Of a stretch of 64,000 nucleotides of DNA, positions 53,336-64,000 are shown one piece after another. The stretch covers positions 55,862,001 to 55,926,000 of the forward strand of contig OZ024745.1 of NCBI GenBank assembly GCA_964016885.1, read 5' to 3'. The first letter of the stretch is position 1; every line of letters starts with the position of its first letter. This DNA comes from Eledone cirrhosa (Eukaryota). A program made the translations under genes and the position numbers. The notes beneath the pieces were generated by a model. It made no database searches. It was not told the DNA's origin and saw only the letters and a program-made list of their open reading frames with translations.

Positions 53336-53515
53336 TAATTGTTTCTACTTTTTGCACAGGGCCAGAAATTATTCCAGTTCATTACTGGTACTTTACTTTA
53401 TAACCCCGTAAGGATGAAAGGCAACGTTAACCTCGGTGGGATTTGAACTCAGATCATAAAGGCGCGTAAGTCTATGCTGCAAAGTATGGCATCCGACCTT
53501 CTACCGATACTGCCA
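53330..53515 (-). mobile_element. tRNA-derived SINE, tail-to-tail with the R4 copy
   Basis: Family match. Shares the (AAT)n tract at 53328-53340. Confidence 0.85.
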
Positions 53516-53598
53516 AAATGATAATGCTTCTGACAGGAACCGCTAGGAAGAATGCTTGACGATTATGTCCCCAAGACCCTCGCGGGAATAAGTGGGTG

Positions 53599-53700
53599 GA
53601 GAAGAAGAAGAAGAAGAAGAAGAAGAAGAAGAAGAAGAAGAAGAAGAAGAAGAAGAAGAAGAAGAAGAAGAAGAAGAAGAAGAAGAAGAAGAAGAAGAAG
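53599..53700. repeat. (GAA)n microsatellite
   Basis: Direct reading. Confidence 0.98.
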
Positions 53701-53779
53701 CGGAGACGGGGGGGGGGAGTTACACACATTGTGTGTGTGTCCGGGGTGAGTTGATGTTTATTTTTTATTTTGTTTTTCG

Positions 53780-54840
53780 GCAACCATGTTTACACATTTT
53801 GATCCAGCGTTTGTATAATGGTGACAGGGAAAAGTTTGATTCGGAGATCGATAGGTGAAAGAAATTTCACAGATTTTCAAAGTAACAGTTCCTCATTTGC
53901 TTACTGAATATCAAACTCATCAAAGTGAGCAACTCAGATATAGCAATGAAAAGACACCAGTAAACTCATCATTAACGCCCGAAACACACAAATAAATAGA
54001 CACATCAAAGACACGTCAACATAAAATATAATCCATTACTATGAAATCAGAGAAGGATTATTTGAATAAGAAAAGTTTATTCGGCCTCAAAACGGAATTT
54101 TTCAACACTTATATGGAAACAAAATCAATCCCACAGTAACTAAATGAGAGACGAGAGAATTCTTTCTGGTGAATGTACAGAGAAGTTAGTGTCTTGATGG
54201 AAGTTGTTTAAATCATCGATCAAACGTATTTGACCTGTCTTGCAAAAATGAAGAGACCAACACATAAAATATCCAAACATGCTTGTGCAAATATCTAACA
54301 ATATATAATATAGTGCTGAAAGATATGTTTAACATGAATTCGATGAAACCGAAGAAAACAGTCTCAGGATTTATTGAGATGTAATTCATCTTAACACTGG
54401 AAACTACATAGGTCATCAAACCTTATAACTACATAACCAATATCTGCGTCTACATAGACAACAAAACCTAACATCAAGAAATATGACATATTTTTAGAAA
54501 GCCGAGAGGAATAGGGCAAATGGACATATTGTAAAATTCATATAGCGAAAAAATACAACACCCGACAAAATAAAACATTTCAAAATATACACAATCTAGT
54601 CAATAAAGACAATACTAACAACAGAGAAACAACATATAATGTATAACACAACAAGGCGACACAGATGTAAAATCCAAATATACATCAGAAAATGAATGCC
54701 AATGCTGCAAACGGCAACGTTAAGTAGAAGAATAACCAGGGTTGTTGAAAAAAATCGCTTAACACTTTTGGAAACATATTAATGACACAGAACAAGCATT
54801 GGCCAAATTTCTCATATATTTGTGAATATATAAATGTACA
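53780..54840 (+). pseudogene. Relic coding block, candidate endogenous viral gene
   Basis: A-rich sense strand. HYYEIREGLFE*EKFIRPQNGIFQHLYGNKINPTVTK*ETREFFLVNVQRS*CLDGSCLNHRSNVFDLSCKN. Confidence 0.4.
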
Positions 54841-55021
54841 CACACCCACCAGGAGTGTAGTAGAATGGTAGTAGTACATACACATGGATTTCAAATTGAC
54901 AAGTATATTATCAATTATACTGATATACGAATTCACACAAAGACTTCTACAAACATACGTACATACATACATACACAATCATATGTGTGTATGTGTGTGC
55001 GCACATTTATTCATATATATG

Positions 55022-55079
<58 letters not shown>

Positions 55080-55405
55080 TGCCTTTTAAAGAGACAGGCA
55101 TGTATTAAAATAGATGGAAATGCAGATACACATATAAACATACATATATTCATAAATTTATATTGTGCGAGTATATGAGTGTGCATCTCAATGATTTTAA
55201 ACGTAACTTTAACATGCAATCATGTTTGACTCTAAATATATATTAGTCCTATAGAGATTCAGCAAATAGGAAATGGGGAAAAGGGCTGTCAGATTTCCGT
55301 ATAAATATATTTGCTTATGTAACGACTTTCTTTTTCATATATTACACGCATAACCCCCCCCCCTCCCACCACACACACACACATACACACATACACACAT
55401 ACACA

Positions 55406-55452
<47 letters not shown>

Positions 55453-55493
55453 GGGACGGGGTTGTACGTGTGTGAGTAAGTGCGCCTTTGAGT

Positions 55494-57900
55494 ATGTGCC
55501 TATTCTGTGGGGAATATTATATGAAATTTCAGGGTTCGGAAATCGATCTAATGCCACATTTTGACAGGCTGATGTACATATACATCCAAGAATCAGTGAC
55601 GCACACATAAATCAAGAATTAAACCAGGTTGGAATCAAGATCACTGGGCAATAAGCTTGTCAGTTTTATCACTTATACAAGCCATGGTATACACTAGAAA
55701 TTAATATATATAATGGCCTCTTGTCAACAGATTTTGTCACTTTAAAAGCAAATACATACCGAGTTGTACAAGAACATACAAATTAACGACGATAATTCTG
55801 ATGTGTATTAATACACAAAAAGGTTTTTCATGAGGTTCATTGATTCCTCAAATGCCAGGCATCAATCCGATTTCATTTTGAGAAACGTATTTGGAAGAGG
55901 CCTAAGTGAAACACGCACACATTTACATAGACCCCTCCCTCCCCCACACACACATACACAAGACACGCGCACACACAGACATGGTCCAATCAATCGACTA
56001 ATAAGGTTGTAATGAGGCGGAAACACTTGTCTTGATGGATGCGACAAGTTACTACGTTTATGCTATATGATGGAATATCAAAATCAAGAAAAGGAAGACA
56101 TACGGTATCACATCATGTTATTCCATTACATCATTGGTTATACACATTTCGAAAGTACGGAAATATCATTATTAAACGATTATTGAATAGGCTTTCGTTA
56201 GACAGGAAGTTTGAAAGTAAATAGAAATAGAATTTGTTTTTGCTTATATGAATTTTGTGTTTATATCTCGACTTTCGGCAAGTATGTCATACTGATTTTA
56301 GTAGTGGCAGACCTGTGGACTTTAAGAGGGATTTATAATGGTGGTGGCAGTAATTGGTATTAGTATGTCAGTTCACGAAAAACATTCGATCTATACAGTC
56401 CATGACCTACCGCTCTGCTTCTTAAAGGCTTATAGCTAGTTACTGATTACTGTATAAACCATATACCTATTTCATCATCTTCTGACCGCAGAAGCGTTTC
56501 GCAAGCAAAATGTTAATAATATTTTTTTTTCAATTTAGAAAACATTCATTGATAGAAAACAGCAGTTCATACAAAACAATATATGCGCATACAAACCGTT
56601 AGAAAAAATGATCCAAACATGTATTATGAAATATATAGCTCAACACATATATAGATACCTGTCAATAGAGATTACGAAAATGATTTCTAAAAAAAAAAAC
56701 ATACAACAATATAGTATACTAAATCTGCATAGATATAAATCTTATTGTTGCGATATATATGGATCTGCCTAATTCACGCACACACACCTTTTCTGAGTCA
56801 GATTCAAAATATTTCCAAACTCAGCTTCTGAAAATTTCTTGAATATCTTTGGGATAAAAGGAAACCAACCTGTTGTAAAAATGTCGTAGATTTGCAAAAT
56901 GCAACCATGCAGGACAGCAGAATAAATATATCATTGATTTAACGGGGCGAGACTTAACAAATAGGCATGCTAACTTTCCAAATATTCAACTAAGGAAATA
57001 TTAGTTTGTCATATTGAAGATATGAGAGTAGATAAGGGCTAGTGTAGATTACTTTGGTACATATCATATAACAATTTTAAACCAATGTGGTAAAGTCTAT
57101 AAATCAGCAGGAGGCCTGAAGTGACTCATGAAATTTCATGGCAATTAGTCGATGATTCCTATTGCACAATTCATGCCTGTAACATCTAGCCGGAGATTGT
57201 AGGATGCTTGCTGATTTAAAATGTTATATCTGTACTACACACACGCATAAGCGTGTTTGACAATTCAAGCGATGGCTATACTCGAAGACGTGTTTGCTGC
57301 ATTTATGTATGCATATATGTATGTAAGTGTGTTTGTATGAATGTGTGTAGATTATATCTAACGAGTAGATACTTGTCGGAAAACATATCTACACTTTTAA
57401 AATATATTATGAAGATACGTGTATTACCGTAACCAGATCCGTTTATTCTCCAAACAATTGATCTTAAATCTTATATTGGAACACTTGTCAAATTACCAAT
57501 GTACCACATAATTTATCGAAATAATTTGTTGATAAGAACTCCGGCTAAAACGCCCGTAATGCATTATCGATCAATAATGTCTTCATACAGGTCACCCACT
57601 GCATTTTGTCCCCCCCCCCCCCCCTAATAAACGAGTTGAAATACGCAAAATATTATGAATTACGATTTCAAGAGTCACCCGATATATACATGAATGAACG
57701 TACATGATTTTATGTGATAATGCATTTGCAAATTTGGAATGTAAAATATACAACTAAGATATCTTATGGAAGTATTCATGAAAAACTTACTTGCTAATAA
57801 ATGGTTAGACGTCTAATACCGTAGCAGTGAAAGATAATTCAATCATTCATAACCAAATACGTAAATCTACTTGCACGAAATATTTTTTGACAGCTGAGAT
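55494..57900 (+). pseudogene. Relic coding blocks, candidate endogenous viral gene(s)
   Basis: FQGSEIDLMPHFDRLMYIYIQES; RFFMRFIDSSNARHQSDFILRNVFGRG; YLSENISTLLKYIMKIRVLP*PDPFILQTIDLKSYIGTLVKLPMYHIIYRNNLLIRTP. Confidence 0.35.
57083..57240 (+). mobile_element. RTE-type C2H2 tail fragment
   Basis: QCGKVYKSAGGLK*LMKFH. Confidence 0.5.
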
Positions 57901-58929
57901 GTCGTTTTTACTTTGTAATTTTAATATTTTTCTTTGTAATTGCATAAGAAAAATTTAATGGAAAAATAGAATGATAAAAGAGAAAATGTAAATATGTATA
58001 AGTAACAAATAATATCGACTATATCTTATTTCTCATTTTTATCGTTATTTTATAAGATATTTTTCTTCTAAAATTAGTTTACTTTATAACATTACCGACA
58101 CGATACTTTTTAAACTTTGTAAATTTTGTGTCGAAAAATCAAATATCTTAAGTTTTAAAAAAATAAATAATTATTATGAATAATAAATGTATAATAAATA
58201 CATTGAAAAAAGATATTATAATCACGCACACAAATATCATTCCATGTTTTCGTTATTTTATTTTTATTTTTACAAAGAAATTTCGATTATTATTGTATTT
58301 ATAACGTCGTTGTTTTTTTATGGAAAACTTGTTTCATATAAATACTTCATAAGTGAAAATTCTCAAAATACAAAAATTTTCTAAAATTTGTGATCAATAA
58401 TGTAGCATCCTATAAAGCTACAGGTGTTATATATCATTTATTTCGAAATGTGTAAAATTCGGTTTCAATAGCACAAATATAAACAATGCAAACAGAAGAA
58501 AATACTGATTTTAAAATATACCAACACAAAGAAGCCAAAACACGTTAAACGCATTTAAATAAATACCTATATTTAGGCTACTTTGGGAGTGTCTTTCTAG
58601 ATCCGGATTAAAATAGTTTGTGATTTAATCCGACTCTCTACGCTCTCAGTTCTATCCAGTCCGACATCAATTTTGCATTTTATACTTTCGTGTCCCTAAA
58701 TAATGTGCCAGTTCAGAGTGATGGAACATTGAAAATGTTCCAGCGGCCGATGTGATGTCCGGAGCTAATTCTACATTGCTGTGTATTCTAAAGTAGCCTG
58801 CGACGCAATGCGTGCTAAGCTCAGACATCTCAACTCCCTCCGTCCAACTAGTAGATCTCCCACCAACTTTGGGAAAATAGTTATAGCTTTCATTATGTAA
58901 AATAACCTTTCATTATGTAAAATAACCTA

Positions 58930-59119
58930 GGGCGGTGGATTGGCAGTATCGGTAGAGGGTCGGACGCCATGCTTTCCAGCATAGTTACGTCCCTTTATGA
59001 TCTGAGTTCAAATCCCGCCGAGGTTGACTTTGCCTTTCATCCTTACGGGGTCGATAAAATAAAGTACCAGTAATGCACTGGGTAATTGCTGGCCTTGTGC
59101 CTAAAGTAGAAACAATTAT
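58930..59119 (+). mobile_element. Full-length tRNA-derived SINE (Meta-SINE-like central domain)
   Basis: B box gagttcaaatcc, central gcctttcatccttacggggtcgataaaataaagtaccag, ~16-bp TSD ttatgtaaaat(a/c)acct. Confidence 0.92.
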
Positions 59120-59391
59120 GTAAAATCACCTTATTTTGCTTCATTTGTCCCCGTTTTGGGACACCTCTTTTAATGGTACTGCCGGTTTGGGTTTTTAGAG
59201 ATTGGCAGGTCAACAACTTGTATCAGCCTTCCCTTTTCCTTCGGACAACATCATTATCATTGAGAGATGTTTATTTCGAGCATGTCATTTGCTGGTCTTC
59301 CGTGAAAAGTCCCTTCCCTAGACATTAGAAATATTCTTTATATGTGCAAAACCTGTCAATGTGGGTCTTAAATATAGGCATGTGCTTTGTG

Positions 59392-59393
<2 letters not shown>

Positions 59394-59468
<75 letters not shown>

Positions 59469-59470
59469 TT
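59394..59470. repeat. (CT)n microsatellite
   Basis: Direct reading. Confidence 0.98.
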
Positions 59471-59731
59471 CTTTCTCCCTCTCTTCTGTTATCATAAATG
59501 CTAACCGATATTGTTCAGCCAGAAAATGAATGGGGTGTAATAATATTACCTGCGGGTCTAGCAGACACGCGTCCATGCATTATGGATGTCACCCTTCTTG
59601 TTTCTATTTGAGGGTAGAAAAACCTGTATAACTCGCTAATAAACATGGATCAAATTTATATATAGATTGGAGATATATATAAATATGTATGTATGTATCA
59701 TGTATGTATCTATTCATGTATCCATGTATGC

Positions 59732-59787
<56 letters not shown>

Positions 59788-60750
59788 GGATATATGTAGA
59801 GAGAGAGAGGCGGGGAGACATATTTATCTAACTAACATATGTACATATATACACTCATAGACATATTGCTATCATCACCGAAAGTTCATTGACGTAAACG
59901 TTTATTATGTTGTAATAAAACAGGCGAATTTTAATATTTATAGTTTGTCCTATCCGAAGTCATTTGCTTAATTCTCTTTCAATGAAATATATTCTTTACA
60001 ATTACGGGTTACTACTGTAGTTTTATGATTTTTGGAGGCATTATATATTCATGTTTATGTAGCACATGTAAATGTAATGTTTGTAAGTCTTTGATCTAAA
60101 AAGAAAAGAAGTGATTTCATATAATACATCAAAATATAAACAACAGCATTTAAGTAAATACAGAAAGTACTAAACAGTTTTGAAGATGAACGTATTCAAC
60201 CGCCGTCATCCAATTCAAGTTTTCTACTCTTAATGATTAAGTGTTTTGCATTTTCCCAAGAACATACTTTATTCATTTAAAATAATTTTGTTCTACCATT
60301 TATATTGTTTCCAGAGAACAATTTTTGGATAAAAAAATATATACTTCTATATAATTAAAATAAAGTACATATCTGTTGTGTTAACATGTAAATATTTACA
60401 AGTTCTACACGGCAGGAAAAATGATTTACTGATTCAATAGAAAATCACTTAGATTAATTGAGTGCTTCAATGACGAAACCAACACAACAAAAATATTACC
60501 AAATTTGGAACATAATATATAGTGTTTATCCATATTTCATTCTTCAAAAGACTTTATTTGCTAATTTTGCTTGACATATGCAACATAGGCTTATTAATGC
60601 CAACGATATACAGTTAAGCATCATATAATATTTAATAATGCTGCACAACCTTGTTGATGGTACGCCAATTTTGCTGATCTCAGATATCAGACTTCGTTAT
60701 TTGGGCAGTAATATTAGTATTAAAAGAATACAGAAACTTGAGCCAAAGTT

Positions 60751-61125
60751 AAATTATACCAATCAGAGAATTATGGACGCAGATGTGCACACACAAAAAC
60801 ACAATCCAGCACATACATATACATATATATTTATATAACTTTCTGTTTCTGTGTGTATAATAACATAGAGATCTATGTAAACACACACACACACATAAAT
60901 TACACCAATCAGAGAATTATGGACGCAGATGTGCACACACAAAAACACAATCCAGCGCATACATATAAATATATCTATGTAAACACACACACACATAAAT
61001 TACACCAATCAGAGAATTATGGACGCAGATGTGCACACACAAAAACACAATCCAGCACATACATATAAATATATATTCATATAACTTTCTGTTAGAGATC
61101 TATGTAAACACACACACACACACAC
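60751..61125. repeat. Three-copy tandem repeat (100-146 bp units)
   Basis: aaatta(c/t)accaatcagagaattatggacgcagatgtgcacacacaaaaacacaatccagc at ~60751, 60897 and 60997. Confidence 0.92.
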
Positions 61126-61506
61126 ATAAACACTAACAAACACTCAGACGCACGCATTTACATACATGCACACAAACACCAATTATTCCTTATATCAGTT
61201 TGAGTATTTGGTGTTCTTATATTTTCTCCATATTAAAATAGGTAGACTATGATTTTTATACAACATATATTTCCATATATTACAACCGTATATCCATCTA
61301 TCACAGTTGTGTGTATTCAATTTAAAATAGTTCCACTATAAAGACGCATGCTATAAGCGACGAGTAAATATTTTTGTTCCAGACATATCATCCATCCATA
61401 AAATACTGCTTCAAAGAGGATTCGATGAAGATGGGCCCTGCAGGGAAAGAGTCTTGATAACATATCATTCTACGGACTAGATCGTGAACAGGTGGTGGTA
61501 TACACG

Positions 61507-61660
<154 letters not shown>

Positions 61661-61784
61661 GTGTGTGTGTGTATTTACAATATCAATTAGATCCTAGGGA
61701 TTTTTGTGCAAGATGAAACATGTTATATATACATATATATAAGTCTATATATATACATGCACACATATAAACGCACACCCATAC

Positions 61785-62060
61785 ATATTAAAATAACAGA
61801 TTAAAGTTTAAGCAAAGAATCGCTGCTTTCTCCCTTAACGGCATCTTCTGAAACTAAAAGAATTCAATCCGTGAACGCAGAAGTAAATATTTCGAAAAAC
61901 GTTGCAACCGAAAGAAAACACGAAGACGATAGATTGGTTCGGGAAGACATTCCCTGGCAATGAACAGAAAAAGCGAAGATAATACGTCATTATGTGGTGC
62001 GGTGAGAACAATTACACGCAAAACCACATGTATGGTCATTAGACTAGTATATATGTATAC
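61785..62060 (-). mobile_element. pLTR of the 9.2-kb Naiad family with CAGAAGA hammerhead-like motif
   Basis: Reverse complement aligns with 9590-9772. Confidence 0.8.
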
Positions 62061-62127
62061 CTATCGAGCTCTCTTTGGATTGTAGTCTTCGCATTTATTA
62101 TTATTACTGTATATATATATATATATA

Positions 62128-62275
62128 GCAGCACAGACTCCACTGCAGCAATGAAGAGGCGAATGTTCTGGTCATTAAGTCCAAGAAACTCACTCAGATG
62201 GTGGATGGTTGCTACACGAGAATGCTGAGGATGCTACACGAGATGCTGAGGATGGCTCTGAACATCAATCAGTAT
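62128..62275 (+). mobile_element. RTE LINE fragment
   Basis: KKLTQMVDGCYTRMLRM...ALNIN, with a small internal duplication. Confidence 0.65.
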
Positions 62276-62934
62276 TAATAACAGAAATCACTCACTGTTT
62301 GGTTGGTTTTCGCTTCTGTATATTTTATATCAGTTAATTCATTCGTCCTCAATGTTTACCATCGACTGACCAACGGTCAAAAACACAGATATAATATAGA
62401 TATAAACACATATATATAGTCTAACAAAGTTCATTCGCCGCACACCTGCAACATCGTCAGTGGTGCTATTATGTCTCCTCCCGTTGTATTGTACGTCTAC
62501 GCCATCTTTATTTAATCCATTTATTTATTTATTTACTTACTTTTGTCTTCCTCTCTGCACATGCGCCTGCGTGTTTGTATAGTGCCTGACGTGTGTTCGC
62601 GCCTGAGCAACCTTGCCTTGGCCACTGTATTCCATCCCAGTTTACTAGTGCGTGCCCACACTTGCCTGCCGCCATTGTGCCTGTGCTTATATCCATCCAT
62701 TTATTTATATTTCTCTTAGGTCAGTATTGTTTGATTGGGTGTTGTTGTTATTCCATTCATTTTTTTCTGTTTAGCTTTGGCCTTCTAAGTTCAATTTCAC
62801 TGGCCTCTCTGATTTGCCTATCTGCTGGGTCATTTCTATGTTAGATATTATTTTAATTTCTATGTTGTCTATGTTACCGTCATGTTGTTGTCTGGTGTGT
62901 TCGTATAGTACTGAACCGTTTTTTTCTTCCTGTG

Positions 62935-63308
62935 AACCATTCAATCCTAGTCAAGAGGTAGATGTAATCTTTTTCAGTTTTTATTTTAGATTCCATAGAA
63001 AAAAATCTAAAATGATTTGCCGGGAACACTACTCCGGACCAGGATCGAAATACAGACCAGGATAACCACCTTCTATGATTCTCCCAGCTAGGCTGCTGAG
63101 ACAGCTACAAAATCAAAGTTAAAAATTAATAATTATAAACCTACTTTCAAAATCAAAGTTAAAAATATGTGGTGTGTTTCATGGCTTTCCTAGAGCTATT
63201 AGTCATATTTAGGGTCGACTTGTCAATCTTCTGGCTTTTTGGTAAAAGCCTTATTATTCATGTGTGTTTAACTGTTGAATTAATTTAATTTGATCATTTT
63301 AACAAACA

Positions 63309-63312
<4 letters not shown>
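62935..63312. mobile_element. Third copy of the tRNA-like module repeat
   Basis: Aligns with 23100-23476 and ends at (TA)n. Confidence 0.65.
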
Positions 63313-63380
<68 letters not shown>

Positions 63381-64000
63381 CAGAAAAGTAACAAACGAGT
63401 TGATATATATAAAACAAATAGTAGAAAGGAAAAAAGATGTTTTAAGTAGAAAATGCAGAAGAGATTCTTTCAGTGTAATATCAAAACATTTATTTATTTA
63501 TAAAGAGGATATTTCCGCATTCAATAATGGTACCGGTTTCAGCATTATATGCATTGTCAACTGCGGATATGCATGATTTGGATAAGTTCTATATATATAC
63601 AAATAACAATAATAAAAAGGTGAAGAAAAATTATTAATTTTTACATACATATTTTGAGAGGAGGATTCATATCTCTGTCCGTGTTTGTCCTTCTTTCTTT
63701 TCAGCATCTTCTACTGAAAAAATATATTTCCTTTCAAATATTATATATATATATATATGAAGATAGACATAGAATATTCGAAAATATTCTGTATGTTTAT
63801 AATAAACATTTTGAAGACCTAATCGCTATAGAATAGAATACGTCACGTATTACAATTAGATTCTCGATAAAAGCAAGGGAAGTAACCTACGCGTTTCATT
63901 CTTATTAGAAATCTTCAGGATTACATATCCAGTGCTTTTATCGAGAATGACACAGCTAGAGACTTATAGAATACTTAGCTGTGTACAGGAACTGGTTTGA

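Noticed and set aside
58930-59030. tRNA gene
   Set aside because: Only a B box and a degenerate A box within a multicopy SINE; no cloverleaf.
60751-61125. CRISPR-like repeat-spacer array
   Set aside because: Eukaryotic context, no cas genes, and the intervening sequence is itself duplicated.

Overview
AT-rich eukaryotic (animal) genomic DNA saturated with (TA)n, (CA)n, (CT)n and (GAA)n microsatellites. The repeat repertoire suggests an octopus or other cephalopod; this is an inference, not a search result. I find no intact host gene, and almost all ORFs in the supplied track are microsatellite artefacts. The recognisable content is a nested graveyard of retroelements: at least six Penelope-like elements (PLEs, Naiad-type and Neptune-type) sitting in (TA)n tracts, with inverted pseudo-LTRs and about a dozen hammerhead ribozyme motifs; R4/Dong LINE fragments; RTE LINE ends and bipartite non-autonomous RTEs; about 12 copies of a tRNA-derived SINE; an L1/Tx1 tail; a Helitron-like element; and TIR elements. 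Between these insertions lie many kb of non-repetitive, intronless, tightly packed, stop- and frameshift-riddled coding-like DNA that I cannot assign to a family. Five apparent start codons in it have a (A/G/T)TAAG motif 8-22 nt upstream, including both strands of a 37-bp divergent intergenic spacer. This suggests, tentatively, an ancient endogenous large DNA virus of baculo/nudivirus type fragmented by later insertions. All translations and folds were done by eye, and coordinates of decayed elements are approximate.
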